In this document: positions 10,167 to 20,637 of the stretch, in pieces
How positions within the stretch are numbered: the first letter of the stretch is position 1
Layout of the letters: every line of letters begins with the position of its first letter
From: a virus
Length of the DNA stretch: 64,000 nt
Virus record (IMG/VR): IMGVR_UViG_3300008113_000016
Span: 1-64,000 of that record
Reading direction: 5' to 3' (one strand)
Made by a program: the position numbers and the translations under genes
The notes under the pieces: generated by a model
What the model was told of the DNA's origin: nothing
The model's input: only the letters and a program-made list of their open reading frames with translations
Database searches by the model: none

Positions 10167-10571
10167 ATGTCTTTTGAAACACTAACTGTTCTACAGTTAA
10201 AGAAAATTTGTAAAGAACTAAATATTGATATTTTGAATGCCAAGACCAAGAAAGATTACTTGGATCTGTTGGCAAAAGAGAACATCTCATATGATGTTTA
10301 TCTAGATAGGGCTTGGGGTCAAGAAGATGCCACAGAAAAGCCAAAAGAAGAAGTCGTTGTAAAGGACGAAACAAAGGCTACTACAACGTTAGCAGTTAAG
10401 TTAAACGTAAAGATGGCAGCCTACACAATTGACGGATTTAGATTTGACGACAACACGCCATATCACATTGTTGATAGATCTATGGCAGAAGATTTTGTAA
10501 AAAGAACAGAAGGAATTTTGGTCATTGCAGACCCTGCGGAGGTAGCCAGTTTTTATGGCATTAGCGAATGA
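10167..10571 (+). CDS. hypothetical head-associated protein with Rho-N/HeH-like motif
   Basis: LTVLQLKKICKELNI....KTKKDYL. Confidence 0.6.
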   Translation: MSFETLTVLQLKKICKELNIDILNAKTKKDYLDLLAKENISYDVYLDRAWGQEDATEKPKEEVVVKDETKATTTLAVKLNVKMAAYTIDGFRFDDNTPYHIVDRSMAEDFVKRTEGILVIADPAEVASFYGISE

Positions 10572-11509
10572 AAGAATATCTTAGACTAGACGGAGAGGGA
10601 GTAACAGTTTCATATGGTGCTCCAGTTGGAACAACCTCAGTAACTTATGTTGCTGTAGATGCAGACACAGGAGATTCCGTACAGTCTGGAAGTGCAACAT
10701 CGCTTGGAAGCCTTAACTTCTCAGTATTCTTTGACGAGACTAAAGTTGCTTATGACAGAAATTTAAAGATTACCTTTACAAATATTGCTGCTGGAGGATC
10801 TAACACAGATGTATTTTTTGCATCAATTGTTAGACCATATGCAGACCCATCAAAAATTGCAAGTGAGTTAGGATTAACAATCGTCTCATCAGTAACAGAT
10901 TCTTTTACTCAAATTACACAAGCAAAGATTGAATCTTGGGAAAGATTAGCAAGACTTTATATTAACTCTTTTACCTCAGACAGATTTAATGTAAAAAGAC
11001 AAAAACAAGAAGTTTTTGGTCAAGACTCAGACGTATTATATTTTTCAGAAAGAGTCTGGAATGTTTATAAAATTTGGGAAGACGACGCAGTTGTTTATGA
11101 TCAAACTGTAGTTCCAGCAGTCAACCTGTTTGACTACCCACTAGAGATTAACAGCACAAACCACATGGTCAAAGCACTTGTTAACGGAAACACTGATGTT
11201 ATCAATGAATACTCAGATTACTCTAAGGCAGTGCTATCCGATCCAGGAATTTTTGCAAAGCATTCTAAGTATAAGGTAGATGGAGAGTTTGGCTGGAAGT
11301 ACGTTCCTCAAGAAATTGAAATGGCAACAATCTTGCTTGCAAACGAGTACATGTGCTCAGATAATGTTTATAAGAATAGAAAAGTAAGTGCAATTCAAAC
11401 AGATGCTTACAGCGTTAGATATTCAGAATCAGCGTTTGTTGGATCTGGAAATACAATTATTGATTCTTTATTGATGCCATTCAAAAGGATTGACCTAGGA
11501 GTAATTTAA
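10568..11509 (+). CDS. head-to-tail adaptor
   Basis: ERLAR.YIN.FT, G.FGW.YVP.EI..AT, G.GN..ID.LL motifs; position. Confidence 0.75.
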   Translation: MKEYLRLDGEGVTVSYGAPVGTTSVTYVAVDADTGDSVQSGSATSLGSLNFSVFFDETKVAYDRNLKITFTNIAAGGSNTDVFFASIVRPYADPSKIASELGLTIVSSVTDSFTQITQAKIESWERLARLYINSFTSDRFNVKRQKQEVFGQDSDVLYFSERVWNVYKIWEDDAVVYDQTVVPAVNLFDYPLEINSTNHMVKALVNGNTDVINEYSDYSKAVLSDPGIFAKHSKYKVDGEFGWKYVPQEIEMATILLANEYMCSDNVYKNRKVSAIQTDAYSVRYSESAFVGSGNTIIDSLLMPFKRIDLGVI

Positions 11510-11976
11510 TGTTTCCTTGTAACACATCCGCAAAGTATAACATGAAGGCAGATGTTTATGTATCTAGCCTTACTACTAATCAATATACTGGCGCATCACA
11601 GAAGACTTGGACTCTATTAAAAAGCATAGACTGCAGTGTTAGAGGAACTTTGAGAAAGGGTGTTGGAGACAATTCAGCAATTGCTAATACAGTAGATCAA
11701 ATGGAAAAGTATTCAGAATCATTAAAAATGAGAACAAGACAAATTCTTAATACAGACTATAGAATTGCTAATGTCAGAAATAGAAGTGGCGCAATCTGGA
11801 AAGAAGGAGATGACGTTGGTCAGTTTGGAAATGGTGTAAATGGAACAACCGTCTTTGAAGTTACTGGTACAGTGCCAATTGTAGGCGTAGACGGTTCTGT
11901 ATTAGAATATGAAATTACTCTTCTTAGACAAGACATTCAAAAGTTACCACCTCCAACCACAACGCCAGCACCATAA
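11509..11976 (+). CDS. head-closure/stopper protein
   Basis: position; TGA.QKTW...KSIDC, FEVTG..P pattern. Confidence 0.6.
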   Translation: MFPCNTSAKYNMKADVYVSSLTTNQYTGASQKTWTLLKSIDCSVRGTLRKGVGDNSAIANTVDQMEKYSESLKMRTRQILNTDYRIANVRNRSGAIWKEGDDVGQFGNGVNGTTVFEVTGTVPIVGVDGSVLEYEITLLRQDIQKLPPPTTTPAP

Positions 11977-12671
11977 TGGCAAGAAAAATAATTAGAGATG
12001 GCGGAATGCCAGATAAGATTCTAGGAGTGTCAAGTTACCACTCTTCTTTGACTATGAACCTTATTGGTGAAAACACAATCAGACAAAGAATTAATAAGGC
12101 TGCTATTTGTGCATTAGTCAAAGGCTTTCATGCATACATAGATGCAATAGCAAGATCACAACCACAAAGATTTCACCATGTATATGAATGGGGTAAGGTT
12201 GGATCTAACAGGTCAAGACTCTTTGTAGCAGAAGAAAAAGCAGATTCTAAAAGAGGTCAAATAACTTTAAAGTTTAAAGATTCTTCCTCTAAGGTTCCAG
12301 GATCAAGACAGTATATTTTTAGAAAGAAGGCTTATATTATGGAAAATCAAATTCCAGTTACAATAAAGCCTAAGAATAAATTTCTTGTTTTTGAAGTAGA
12401 AGGAAAAACAGTTTTTACAACTAAGCCAGTAAGAAATAGCAGACCAGGAGGAGAGGCTGTAAGAAATAGCCTTGGAAACTCGTTTGAATTTTGGCTACAA
12501 AGCCCAATGGCAAAGCAAATCATTAAAGAGGAAATTGGTGATAAAATTAGGTTGGGACTCGTTAAAGCAGACAGAGGTACTACTTCAATTAGAAGTAGTG
12601 GGCAGGGCAGGGCTGCTGGAAAAAGAGTTGCGTTTAATATAGCAAACACCTTGGAGGTAAGCAGTGGCTGA
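11976..12671 (+). CDS. neck/tail-completion protein
   Basis: HHVYEWG..G...RLF, F..KA.IME; basic; position. Confidence 0.55.
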   Translation: MARKIIRDGGMPDKILGVSSYHSSLTMNLIGENTIRQRINKAAICALVKGFHAYIDAIARSQPQRFHHVYEWGKVGSNRSRLFVAEEKADSKRGQITLKFKDSSSKVPGSRQYIFRKKAYIMENQIPVTIKPKNKFLVFEVEGKTVFTTKPVRNSRPGGEAVRNSLGNSFEFWLQSPMAKQIIKEEIGDKIRLGLVKADRGTTSIRSSGQGRAAGKRVAFNIANTLEVSSG

Positions 12672-13197
12672 TTTTAGAATTTCACCTATAAAAATTATTT
12701 GTGATTATTTATGGTACAGACTCAAGGCTGAAGAATCAAACCTGCTGGATCCAACTGGAAGTCTTACTGGAGTAGTAACTGCTTGGGATAATTCCGTTAA
12801 CCCTTTTAGTCCAGTAATTGACTCAGGTCCTAAAGGAAATAATCCAGTTTGGTTTACTTGGGACTATATACAAGATTTTAGAAGTGGAGACCTTTTCCCA
12901 ATTAAAAGAGAGCAAGGTTTATTAAGCATTGTTTCAACCCTAGAAAATGTTCATTGGATTAATTCTGTAAAAAACTTTATTTCCTCAGAATTGGATAAAA
13001 TTGATGAAACGGCAAAAGATATAAATAACTGGGCAAAGGCAAACAACGTCAATACTGGTGGAATCACCCTTCATTGGCATAGAACGGTGGGTCAGGAGGA
13101 CTACGTTGAGGATTCAACCAACCTAAGAACCAGTTCTATAGAGCAGACTAGAGTAAGGGCAAAGATTGTCCTAGAATACGAGTATGTTAGGTCTTAA
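12664..13197 (+). CDS. probable tail terminator
   Basis: position immediately before major tail gene. Confidence 0.5.
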   Translation: MADFRISPIKIICDYLWYRLKAEESNLLDPTGSLTGVVTAWDNSVNPFSPVIDSGPKGNNPVWFTWDYIQDFRSGDLFPIKREQGLLSIVSTLENVHWINSVKNFISSELDKIDETAKDINNWAKANNVNTGGITLHWHRTVGQEDYVEDSTNLRTSSIEQTRVRAKIVLEYEYVRS

Positions 13198-13279
13198 GGA
13201 TAAAAACATGCTATCATTATTGCAGGAAGCGTTACCAAACCAAACTCATGCAATATAACAGAGGAGGTGAAATAATTTA

Positions 13280-13918
13280 ATGGCTCGTAATAATAAAAAT
13301 ATTATCGTAGGTGCAGCAGCATTGTATCTTGGAAAGAACACTGACACTGTACCAGCACTTCCATCATTTGGAGCATCAGCAACTGCAACAGCAGCACTCG
13401 ATTCTTCAGCAGATTGGAACGAAGCAGGCTATACAACTGAAGGTATTGAACTTTCATTTGAACCAGATTACGGCGAAGTACAGGTTGATCAGTTACTAGA
13501 CGTAGCAAGAATTTTTAAGCAAGGTCAAAGAGTAATGCTCAACACAACACTAGCAGAAGGTACTCTTGAGAATCTTCTTTTGGTAATCGGAGGCGTTTCA
13601 ACAGATCTTGAAACTTCAACAATTAGCGGAAGCAAGTTTGACCGCACACTTGATATTAACGCAGGCGCACTTGGATATGCTCCAGTAGAGCGTTCACTAG
13701 TCGCAGTTGGTCCAGCACCATCAGCACTACTTGAGAACGTAACTGGCAAGACAAAGGCAGAGCGTGTATACCATGCATACCGTGCTCTTTCAATGGAGAC
13801 AGTAACTGTAGGAATCAAGCGCAATGAAGCAACAGTATTCCCAGTATCTTTCCGTCTACTCTCACAGAGTGTAAGCGGTAAAGACCTATACGGCAAGATC
13901 ATTGATCGTGTCTACTAA
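13280..13918 (+). CDS. major tail tube protein
   Basis: NIIVGAA.LY, GYT.EG.E..F.P, VDQLLD, T.LAE.TLENL; strong SD GGAGGTGA. Confidence 0.88.
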   Translation: MARNNKNIIVGAAALYLGKNTDTVPALPSFGASATATAALDSSADWNEAGYTTEGIELSFEPDYGEVQVDQLLDVARIFKQGQRVMLNTTLAEGTLENLLLVIGGVSTDLETSTISGSKFDRTLDINAGALGYAPVERSLVAVGPAPSALLENVTGKTKAERVYHAYRALSMETVTVGIKRNEATVFPVSFRLLSQSVSGKDLYGKIIDRVY

Positions 13919-13936
13919 AAACTAAATATCGAATTT

Positions 13937-13973
13937 AGCAGGGTGGATAGGCAACTATCCACCCTGTTTTATT
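13937..13973 (+). terminator. intrinsic terminator after major tail gene
   Basis: CAGGGTGGATAG-GCAA-CTATCCACCCTG-TTTT (12-bp stem, GNRA loop). Confidence 0.9.
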
Positions 13974-14001
13974 TGCCTTTGTGGGATAAAAACGGTATAA
14001 T
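13973..14001 (+). promoter_or_regulatory. sigma70/SigA-type promoter for tail chaperone operon
   Basis: TTGCCT-17 nt-TATAAT. Confidence 0.65.
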
Positions 14002-14031
14002 ATTCATAAGAGAGTTGTAGGAGGATATATT

Positions 14032-14367
14032 TTGGCAACTAAAGTTTATGAGTCCGTCGACATTGAATTGCTTGACGGCAAGAGAGTTACAATTAAACCA
14101 TTGAACATTAAACTTCTTCGTGAAGTTATGAAGGCATGGTCAAAGGTACAAGACATTAAAGATGAAGACGCTTTCCTAGACATTTGCTTGGCATGCACAC
14201 AGATTGCTTTTAAGCAATTTGATCCATCACTTGCTGCAAATAAGGAAACACTTGAAGAACTTCTAGATATCCAGACAATGTACAAAATTCTTGAGATTGC
14301 TGCAGACATTAAGTTGAACGACCCAAACCTATTAGCAGCGACTCAGGAACTAGTTGGTCAGATCTAG
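14032..14367 (+). CDS. tail assembly chaperone (gpG equivalent)
   Basis: between major tail and tape measure; contains slippery site. Confidence 0.8.
   Translation: MATKVYESVDIELLDGKRVTIKPLNIKLLREVMKAWSKVQDIKDEDAFLDICLACTQIAFKQFDPSLAANKETLEELLDIQTMYKILEIAADIKLNDPNLLAATQELVGQI
14322..14328 (+). other. -1 programmed ribosomal frameshift heptamer C CCA AAC
   Basis: X XXY YYZ in the chaperone reading frame; -1 frame open from 14313 to stop at 14717. Confidence 0.8.
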
Positions 14368-14717
14368 ATCTTGCCTCATTAGAGGCTGAAGTATTTCTTC
14401 TGGGTCACTGGAAGAATTATGAAGAGTTGGAAAACCAACTCTCTGTACCAGAGTTGAATGCAACATTAAAAGCATTACAACAAAAGGAACGGAGGAATCA
14501 AGTTTTCCACGCTGCTATTCAGGGAATTGATCTAAACGAAGGTTCAGAGCCAGATTCTACTGATAAGCAAAACACTGGTAAAGCAACAACACTTGCTGAA
14601 CTTGTTGGACGGGCTGAAGCAAAATTAAGTGGAAACATGAACAAGGCTATGCAGTACACTCAAGGGTTTACTGACGACATGGGACTTGATTATGTTGTGG
14701 AGGGATTAGATGGCTGA
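14322..14717 (+). CDS. frameshifted C-terminal part of tail chaperone (gpGT equivalent)
   Basis: -1 frame reads PISSDSGTSWSDLDLASLEAEVFLLGHWKNYEELENQLSVPEL... and joins the 14427 ORF. Confidence 0.78.
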   Translation, partial: PKPISSDSGTSWSDLDLASLEAEVFLLGHWKNYEELENQLSVPELNATLKALQQKERRNQVFHAAIQGIDLNEGSEPDSTDKQNTGKATTLAELVGRAEAKLSGNMNKAMQYTQGFTDDMGLDYVVEGLDG

Positions 14718-17700
14718 AATTCGTTCGACGTTTATATATGACGGCGATTTTAGTTCTGTCCAATCTGGAATAAAAACATTAACCGCACAGGTTAACTTAC
14801 TTAATCGTTCATTTAATTCATTAGATTTAAATGCCAGAAAAGTTCAATCAGATTTAGCAAGAAGTTTTGCTGCAAACGTAGGTGCTATTGGCGGATTTAA
14901 AACAGCCATGGTCGATGTTGCTACAGCAACAGAAAGATTTGGCAATGCGTTACAAAAGCAAAAGTTAACTCTAAGAGAGTATGCAAGAGAATCAGTTAAT
15001 GCTTTTAGAAAAGCAAGTAATGCTAGGAAACTAGCAGAAGAACAAGTAAAGAGGATGCAGTCTACCCTTGTCCCAGTAGGTGGGGGCAAGGGAATGCTGG
15101 TTACCCCATTAACCCTAGATACAAAAGACTTTACAACTAAATTAGCGGTTGCAAGACAGCAATACGCTATTTTTAATAAGTTGGTCTCTGATGGAACAAC
15201 TCAGTTAATTAACTTTGGTAAGAACACTCAATGGGCTGGTAGACAGTTAACTGTTGGTCTTACAGTCCCAATAACAATTTTTGGATCCACCCTATCTAAG
15301 ACATTTAGAGAAGTGGATGCAGAGTTAACACGCTTTGCTAAAGTTTATGGAAGCGATTTAGTAAACAATAATAAGTATGCCACAGATCAAATGCGTGGAC
15401 AAGTTTTGCAACTTGCACAGACAATTGCAAAAGAATATGGAATTGCAGCAAAAGAAACTGCTGCTTTAGCAGCAGATCTTGCTGCCACTGGTCTTGAGGG
15501 TCAAGCCCTTATGGACTCAGTTGCTGAAACAACTCGTTTAGCAGTCCTTGGAGAAGTTGATAAGCAAGAGGCTATGAAGGCTACACTTGCTCTCCAAACG
15601 GCTTTTAATTTAAATACACAGGAACTAGCACAGTCAATTGACTTCCTCAACGCAGTCGAAAACCAAACCTCTACAACTCTTACTGACTTAGTTGAGGCTA
15701 TTCCTAAAGCAGGTCCAGTTGTTAAGGGCTTGGGCGGTGACATTAAAACATTATCTGTTTTGCTCACCGCAATGCGTGAAGGCGGTATTCCAGCAGCAGA
15801 AGCAGCAAATGCTATTAAGTCTGGTCTCGCTTCTCTTATTAACCCTACAAGGGCTGCTAACGAGCAACTAGCAAATTTTGGAGTAGACCTACAAGGAATT
15901 GTAGAAAGAAACAAAGGTCAACTACTTCCAACAATATTAGAATTTAAAACAGCATTAGATACACTAGATGAATTTTCAAAAGCACAAGCAATTGAAACAG
16001 TATTTGGAAAGTATCAGTTTGCAAGAATGGGTGCACTGTTCGATAACATTGGCGAATCTGGATCTCAGACAGTTAAGGTTATGGAACTTATGGGAGCATC
16101 AACAGCAGACCTTGCAAGAATTGCAGAGTCTGAAGTTTCAGCAGTAACCAACTCGACTTCAGCAAAGTTTAATAGAGCAGTTGAGTCAATTAAGGCTTCG
16201 TTAATTCCAGTTGGAGAAGCATTAACAAATGCAGTAATTCCTTTCCTAACTAAACTATCTGACTTGATTGCACAGATAACAGAAAAGTTTGACAAACTTC
16301 CAGGACCAATTCAAAACATCATTAAGGCTCTTGGAGTTATATCTGTTGTAGCAGGTCCAGTAATTATGCTTGTTGGTTTGTTTGCTAACTTTGTTGGTTA
16401 TGCAACCAAGGGTGCAATGGGAATCGTTAACCTTACTCGCAGAATGATGGGCTTGCCAGTAGATCAATTCCAGCAACTAACAAATGATCAGTTGGCAGCA
16501 AATATTGCAACAGACACTCTTACTGGATCATTTGCTTCTCAAAGATCTGCAGTAATGTCTTTGAATGCAGCATTAGAAGATTACATAATTAGTTTAAGAC
16601 AAGTACAAGCAAATCAACCTAACCTTGCTGTAGCAGGAAAAGGAAGACCACCAATTAGAAAACAAAAGGGTGGATCTATTCCAGGATATGGCGGAGGAGA
16701 TACAGTTCCAGCACTTTTGGAAAAGGGTGAGTTTGTTGTAAACAAAGCAGCAGCAAGATTCTTTAGACCACAACTAGAAGCAATGAATGCAAGAAAGATG
16801 CAAGATGGTGGAGGTACTGAAGGTTTAACTGCTGCACAAAAAGAATACATGCAAGACCTTAAGGATAATCCTTATTCAAGAAGTCACCTAACACCATTTG
16901 AAACAGAAGATGGGTTTAAGGTATTTGGTGGAACAACAGCAGCATCTACTGGTCCATATAACAGTGCACTAAATAACATTACTCAAATATTAAAAGATCC
17001 AGATAGCGAAAATTCTAAAACATTAAAGCAAGCAGCAAACATAGTTGCAGGAAAGACTGGAGTTTCTGCAGAATTTTTATTGTCTGGCAGAGAACCAGGA
17101 AATCTACAAGAAGCAAATGCACAGAGAGCATTTTTAAGCCATCCTCTTGTTGCTACAATGAAAACAAAGAAGGGTGAGCAGGCTATCAAGGGACGACGTG
17201 CTGCTGTAGGATTCTTAAGATCTTACACTGGAGGAATTAAGGGAACTCCAGACGAAAAAGAAGCAATCTTTAGACAAAGACTTGCAGAAAGAATGGCATT
17301 GAGCAGTGCGTCGCTATACAGAGATGCAACTCCAGAACAAATAAAAGCAATTTACGATGCAGAAAAGAGAAGAATTCTCCCTATCCTTGAAAGAACTCAT
17401 GGAGATCCAGATGAAAGAGGAAAGCAGTTAAGAGATTCTGCCAAAGTAACTTATTATGGCAATACTGTTGGCGGAAAACTTCTTTCTACACCATTGTTGT
17501 ATAAAGGAAAGAGCAGGGGTGATTCTGCTGGATCTGCAAGATCAATGGAAAGAACCATGCGTGAGGTTGGCGGAACATCATTTAAATTCCAAGGTGTTGG
17601 AATGGGCTTTAAGTCTCAAACTGGAGTTCCAGTAACAGTTGCAGAAAAGAGACCAGAGGTTGTAACTAATAAGCCTAAAGAAGGAACATCTAAAACTATT

Positions 17701-20637
17701 ACTACACAAAGCGGTAGAGTGTTTATTGGACCTATTGGAAAGAGACCAGGATTAGAAGAAGAAGGCGTAGTTAACCCTGATGGTTCAGTAGAAAGATTAA
17801 CAAAGAAAGAAAGAATGGCTCGTGTTGGAGCAAGTGCTGGAAATTATGGAATGACAGCATCTTTGCTTTTAAATACAATGTCTGCAATGTCAGGACAGAT
17901 GAGCAAGACAACAGAAAATCTTATTAAGTTTACAACTGCAATTGGTGTTGCAGGAATGGCAATGCAAGCAGCATCAGGTGTTGGTGGAATGTTTGGAAAG
18001 AGTGGTAAATTATTTGGAGCAGGTCAAAAGGTAGGTCTTCAAGGCGCACTGCTAAAGGGTGGAGCAAAAACTGCAGTTGGAAGAGGCGCAGGCGCAGCAA
18101 TGATGGGTGCAGGAAGAGCACTATCGTTCTTAGGTGGACCAGCAGGAATTGCAGTAGGTTTAGGTATCACTGCTGCAATATTTGCCCTAAACAAATATAA
18201 GCAAAGTTTAGAAGAGGCTAGACAACGTTCAGTTGCAGCGTTTGCTCAGTCTGCAAAAGCAGCAGAGTATTTTGGTGTTAAGTTAAAAGAAGCAACATTT
18301 GTTAGACCACAAGAGTCTAAACTTTTTGCAGATAATGCAGAAAGAGAGGCAATGCTTAAGATTGCAAATGAGGACTACAAGGTTCTTGTTAATAAGTTAA
18401 AGACTCAAAATAATGCAGATGCTATCTCAGAACTTCAACTAACATATGCTAGTTTAATTTCACAAGGATTTGATCAAGATCAAGCACAAAAGATTATTAA
18501 GGGTATTGCAGATGCAGCAAACAAAGAAAATATTGTTATTGATGTTATTGCAAACGTTAAAGATATTAAAACACCAAAGGACGCATTAAATGCCGTTGGA
18601 AACCAAGCAGTAAGAACATTGCAAGCAGGTGGAGTTGAAAATCAAGGTGCCTTTGCTGCTGCTGCAACCATGTCAATTGCTAAGAACTATCAAGCAGCAC
18701 CTCTAGAAGCATTAGGTCAGATTAAAGATATTGTTGCTGAAATTGACTCAACAGAATTTTCTGGATTTAGAACAGGGCTATATGACTCACTAAAAGAATC
18801 CCAACCTGAGTTAGCAGAATTTATTAAGGGTCTAAATAACTCTGAACAGGCTGGCAACGCATTGTTACTAGCACTAACTGGGCTTGACTACACACTAGCC
18901 TCTGGAGCAACAAGTGCAAGAGATTTAGCAGGTGCCCTAGCGCAGGCAGAAGCAAGAACTTCTGCAGCATCAGTAATTGACGAAGAGATTAAAAAAGAGC
19001 AAGAAAGATTTAAGGTTATTGAAAAGGGATACAATGATGCAATTGATGCTAGACAGTATGAGTTGGATCATCTTCAAGAGAATACCGAAAAGAAAATTAA
19101 GGCTCTTGAAAAAGAAAACCGTGCACTTCAAAAGAAACAAAACAATATTCGCAAAACAACAGATGCCTACCTTAAGGCTTTGGAAGAACAAACTAGTGCA
19201 GATAAATTCTATCAAGACCAAGCAAAAAGCGGAATTGGTGCTGCTGCTGCATTAGCATCTGGAGACGTTGTTGGATTCCTTCAAGGAAGAGCAGATATGG
19301 CTCAACAGGGTGCGGAGTTTAGCAAAGAGCAATCAATTACTGCCATTAAAGATAGATCAGATGCTGAAATTCAATTGTTGCAAGATAGAATTGATGCTAA
19401 CGAAGAGTCTATTAGAAAAGCAAGAGAGTATGCAGAAATTAGAGAGGCAACCCTTAAGAAAGAAATTACTGCCCAACGAAAAGCATTGGGTGCAGAAAGA
19501 GAAGCAAATTCAGCAAGAATTGACGCTCTTACAACTTTAAAGAATACAGATGTTACATTAAATAATGTAACTTCTACACTTGAAAAACTTAAGGGTAAGG
19601 CAAAAATGGGTAGCGATGAAATTCAGAGAATTGCTACAAGTTTAAGCAGTGCATATGGAAATGCTTATGGCAATGCAATTAAGCAGGCAGAAGTCTCAAT
19701 GAATTTGCCAGCAGGATCACTTTCTGATTTAATTAAGAATGAAGTTTCAAGAAGAATGTCTACCCCAACATACCCAACCCCATCGAATGTTTCTGGTGGA
19801 AATGGAGGAAAGGGAGGAGATGCTTCTTCTGGAATGTCAGGTGCTGGTCTTGGTTCAGTAGCATCTACTGGAGCAATGACAGATTTACCTTTGGCAGATA
19901 TTTTGAGAAGTGTTGGATCAACTTTTGGAGGAATGCCAAGTGGTGGAGATTATAGAAACCCTCTAAGTGGTTCACAATATAGAATCAGTTCTAATCCTGG
20001 AGAAAGAATAAATCCAATTACTGGAAGAAGAGAAGTTCACAAGGGAATAGATTTAGCAGCAGCACAGGGCACACCAATTGGTGCCTTCAAGAAGGGAACC
20101 GTAAAGTTTGCAGGACTAGATCCAGCAGAAGTTATGGGTAACAAAGTTGTTCTTGACCATGGCAATGGAATGACCTCAGTGTATGGTCATATGCTACCTA
20201 AACTGGGTGTCCAGAATGGGCAACAGGTGGACGCAGGAGCCATTTTGGGACGAGTTGGTAGCACTGGAAGGTCTACAGGTCCACACCTACACTTTGGTGT
20301 TTTAAAAGATGGAGAGTCATTAGATCCAAGACAGTTTGTGTCATTAAGAAAGGGCGGAATTATTGCCAAGGATGGAACTATGGCTAAACTTCACAAGGGT
20401 GAGATGGTAATGCCTAAGCCAATAGCAGAGAATATGTTTAGACAGTCAAGTCCAAGATTTAATCCTGCTGTACCAACAGCACCAAGAATGTCTCCATCAT
20501 CAACACAGAGTAGACAAACAAATGTTGGACCAACAACAGCGTACATTAGTTTCAATGGAAACATGAAGGATCCAGTTGCTGCTGCTAACGCAGTATATGG
20601 AAAAATGATGAGTATGAATAACAGGAGACCTAAGTAA
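14710..20637 (+). CDS. tape measure protein with C-terminal M23 peptidase
   Basis: 1975 aa; FGKNTQWAGRQL, TP901-like core, hydrophobic segments, coiled coils; HKGIDLAA...YGHM...GRSTGPHLHF at ~19950-20340. Confidence 0.93.
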   Translation: MAEIRSTFIYDGDFSSVQSGIKTLTAQVNLLNRSFNSLDLNARKVQSDLARSFAANVGAIGGFKTAMVDVATATERFGNALQKQKLTLREYARESVNAFRKASNARKLAEEQVKRMQSTLVPVGGGKGMLVTPLTLDTKDFTTKLAVARQQYAIFNKLVSDGTTQLINFGKNTQWAGRQLTVGLTVPITIFGSTLSKTFREVDAELTRFAKVYGSDLVNNNKYATDQMRGQVLQLAQTIAKEYGIAAKETAALAADLAATGLEGQALMDSVAETTRLAVLGEVDKQEAMKATLALQTAFNLNTQELAQSIDFLNAVENQTSTTLTDLVEAIPKAGPVVKGLGGDIKTLSVLLTAMREGGIPAAEAANAIKSGLASLINPTRAANEQLANFGVDLQGIVERNKGQLLPTILEFKTALDTLDEFSKAQAIETVFGKYQFARMGALFDNIGESGSQTVKVMELMGASTADLARIAESEVSAVTNSTSAKFNRAVESIKASLIPVGEALTNAVIPFLTKLSDLIAQITEKFDKLPGPIQNIIKALGVISVVAGPVIMLVGLFANFVGYATKGAMGIVNLTRRMMGLPVDQFQQLTNDQLAANIATDTLTGSFASQRSAVMSLNAALEDYIISLRQVQANQPNLAVAGKGRPPIRKQKGGSIPGYGGGDTVPALLEKGEFVVNKAAARFFRPQLEAMNARKMQDGGGTEGLTAAQKEYMQDLKDNPYSRSHLTPFETEDGFKVFGGTTAASTGPYNSALNNITQILKDPDSENSKTLKQAANIVAGKTGVSAEFLLSGREPGNLQEANAQRAFLSHPLVATMKTKKGEQAIKGRRAAVGFLRSYTGGIKGTPDEKEAIFRQRLAERMALSSASLYRDATPEQIKAIYDAEKRRILPILERTHGDPDERGKQLRDSAKVTYYGNTVGGKLLSTPLLYKGKSRGDSAGSARSMERTMREVGGTSFKFQGVGMGFKSQTGVPVTVAEKRPEVVTNKPKEGTSKTITTQSGRVFIGPIGKRPGLEEEGVVNPDGSVERLTKKERMARVGASAGNYGMTASLLLNTMSAMSGQMSKTTENLIKFTTAIGVAGMAMQAASGVGGMFGKSGKLFGAGQKVGLQGALLKGGAKTAVGRGAGAAMMGAGRALSFLGGPAGIAVGLGITAAIFALNKYKQSLEEARQRSVAAFAQSAKAAEYFGVKLKEATFVRPQESKLFADNAEREAMLKIANEDYKVLVNKLKTQNNADAISELQLTYASLISQGFDQDQAQKIIKGIADAANKENIVIDVIANVKDIKTPKDALNAVGNQAVRTLQAGGVENQGAFAAAATMSIAKNYQAAPLEALGQIKDIVAEIDSTEFSGFRTGLYDSLKESQPELAEFIKGLNNSEQAGNALLLALTGLDYTLASGATSARDLAGALAQAEARTSAASVIDEEIKKEQERFKVIEKGYNDAIDARQYELDHLQENTEKKIKALEKENRALQKKQNNIRKTTDAYLKALEEQTSADKFYQDQAKSGIGAAAALASGDVVGFLQGRADMAQQGAEFSKEQSITAIKDRSDAEIQLLQDRIDANEESIRKAREYAEIREATLKKEITAQRKALGAEREANSARIDALTTLKNTDVTLNNVTSTLEKLKGKAKMGSDEIQRIATSLSSAYGNAYGNAIKQAEVSMNLPAGSLSDLIKNEVSRRMSTPTYPTPSNVSGGNGGKGGDASSGMSGAGLGSVASTGAMTDLPLADILRSVGSTFGGMPSGGDYRNPLSGSQYRISSNPGERINPITGRREVHKGIDLAAAQGTPIGAFKKGTVKFAGLDPAEVMGNKVVLDHGNGMTSVYGHMLPKLGVQNGQQVDAGAILGRVGSTGRSTGPHLHFGVLKDGESLDPRQFVSLRKGGIIAKDGTMAKLHKGEMVMPKPIAENMFRQSSPRFNPAVPTAPRMSPSSTQSRQTNVGPTTAYISFNGNMKDPVAAANAVYGKMMSMNNRRPK

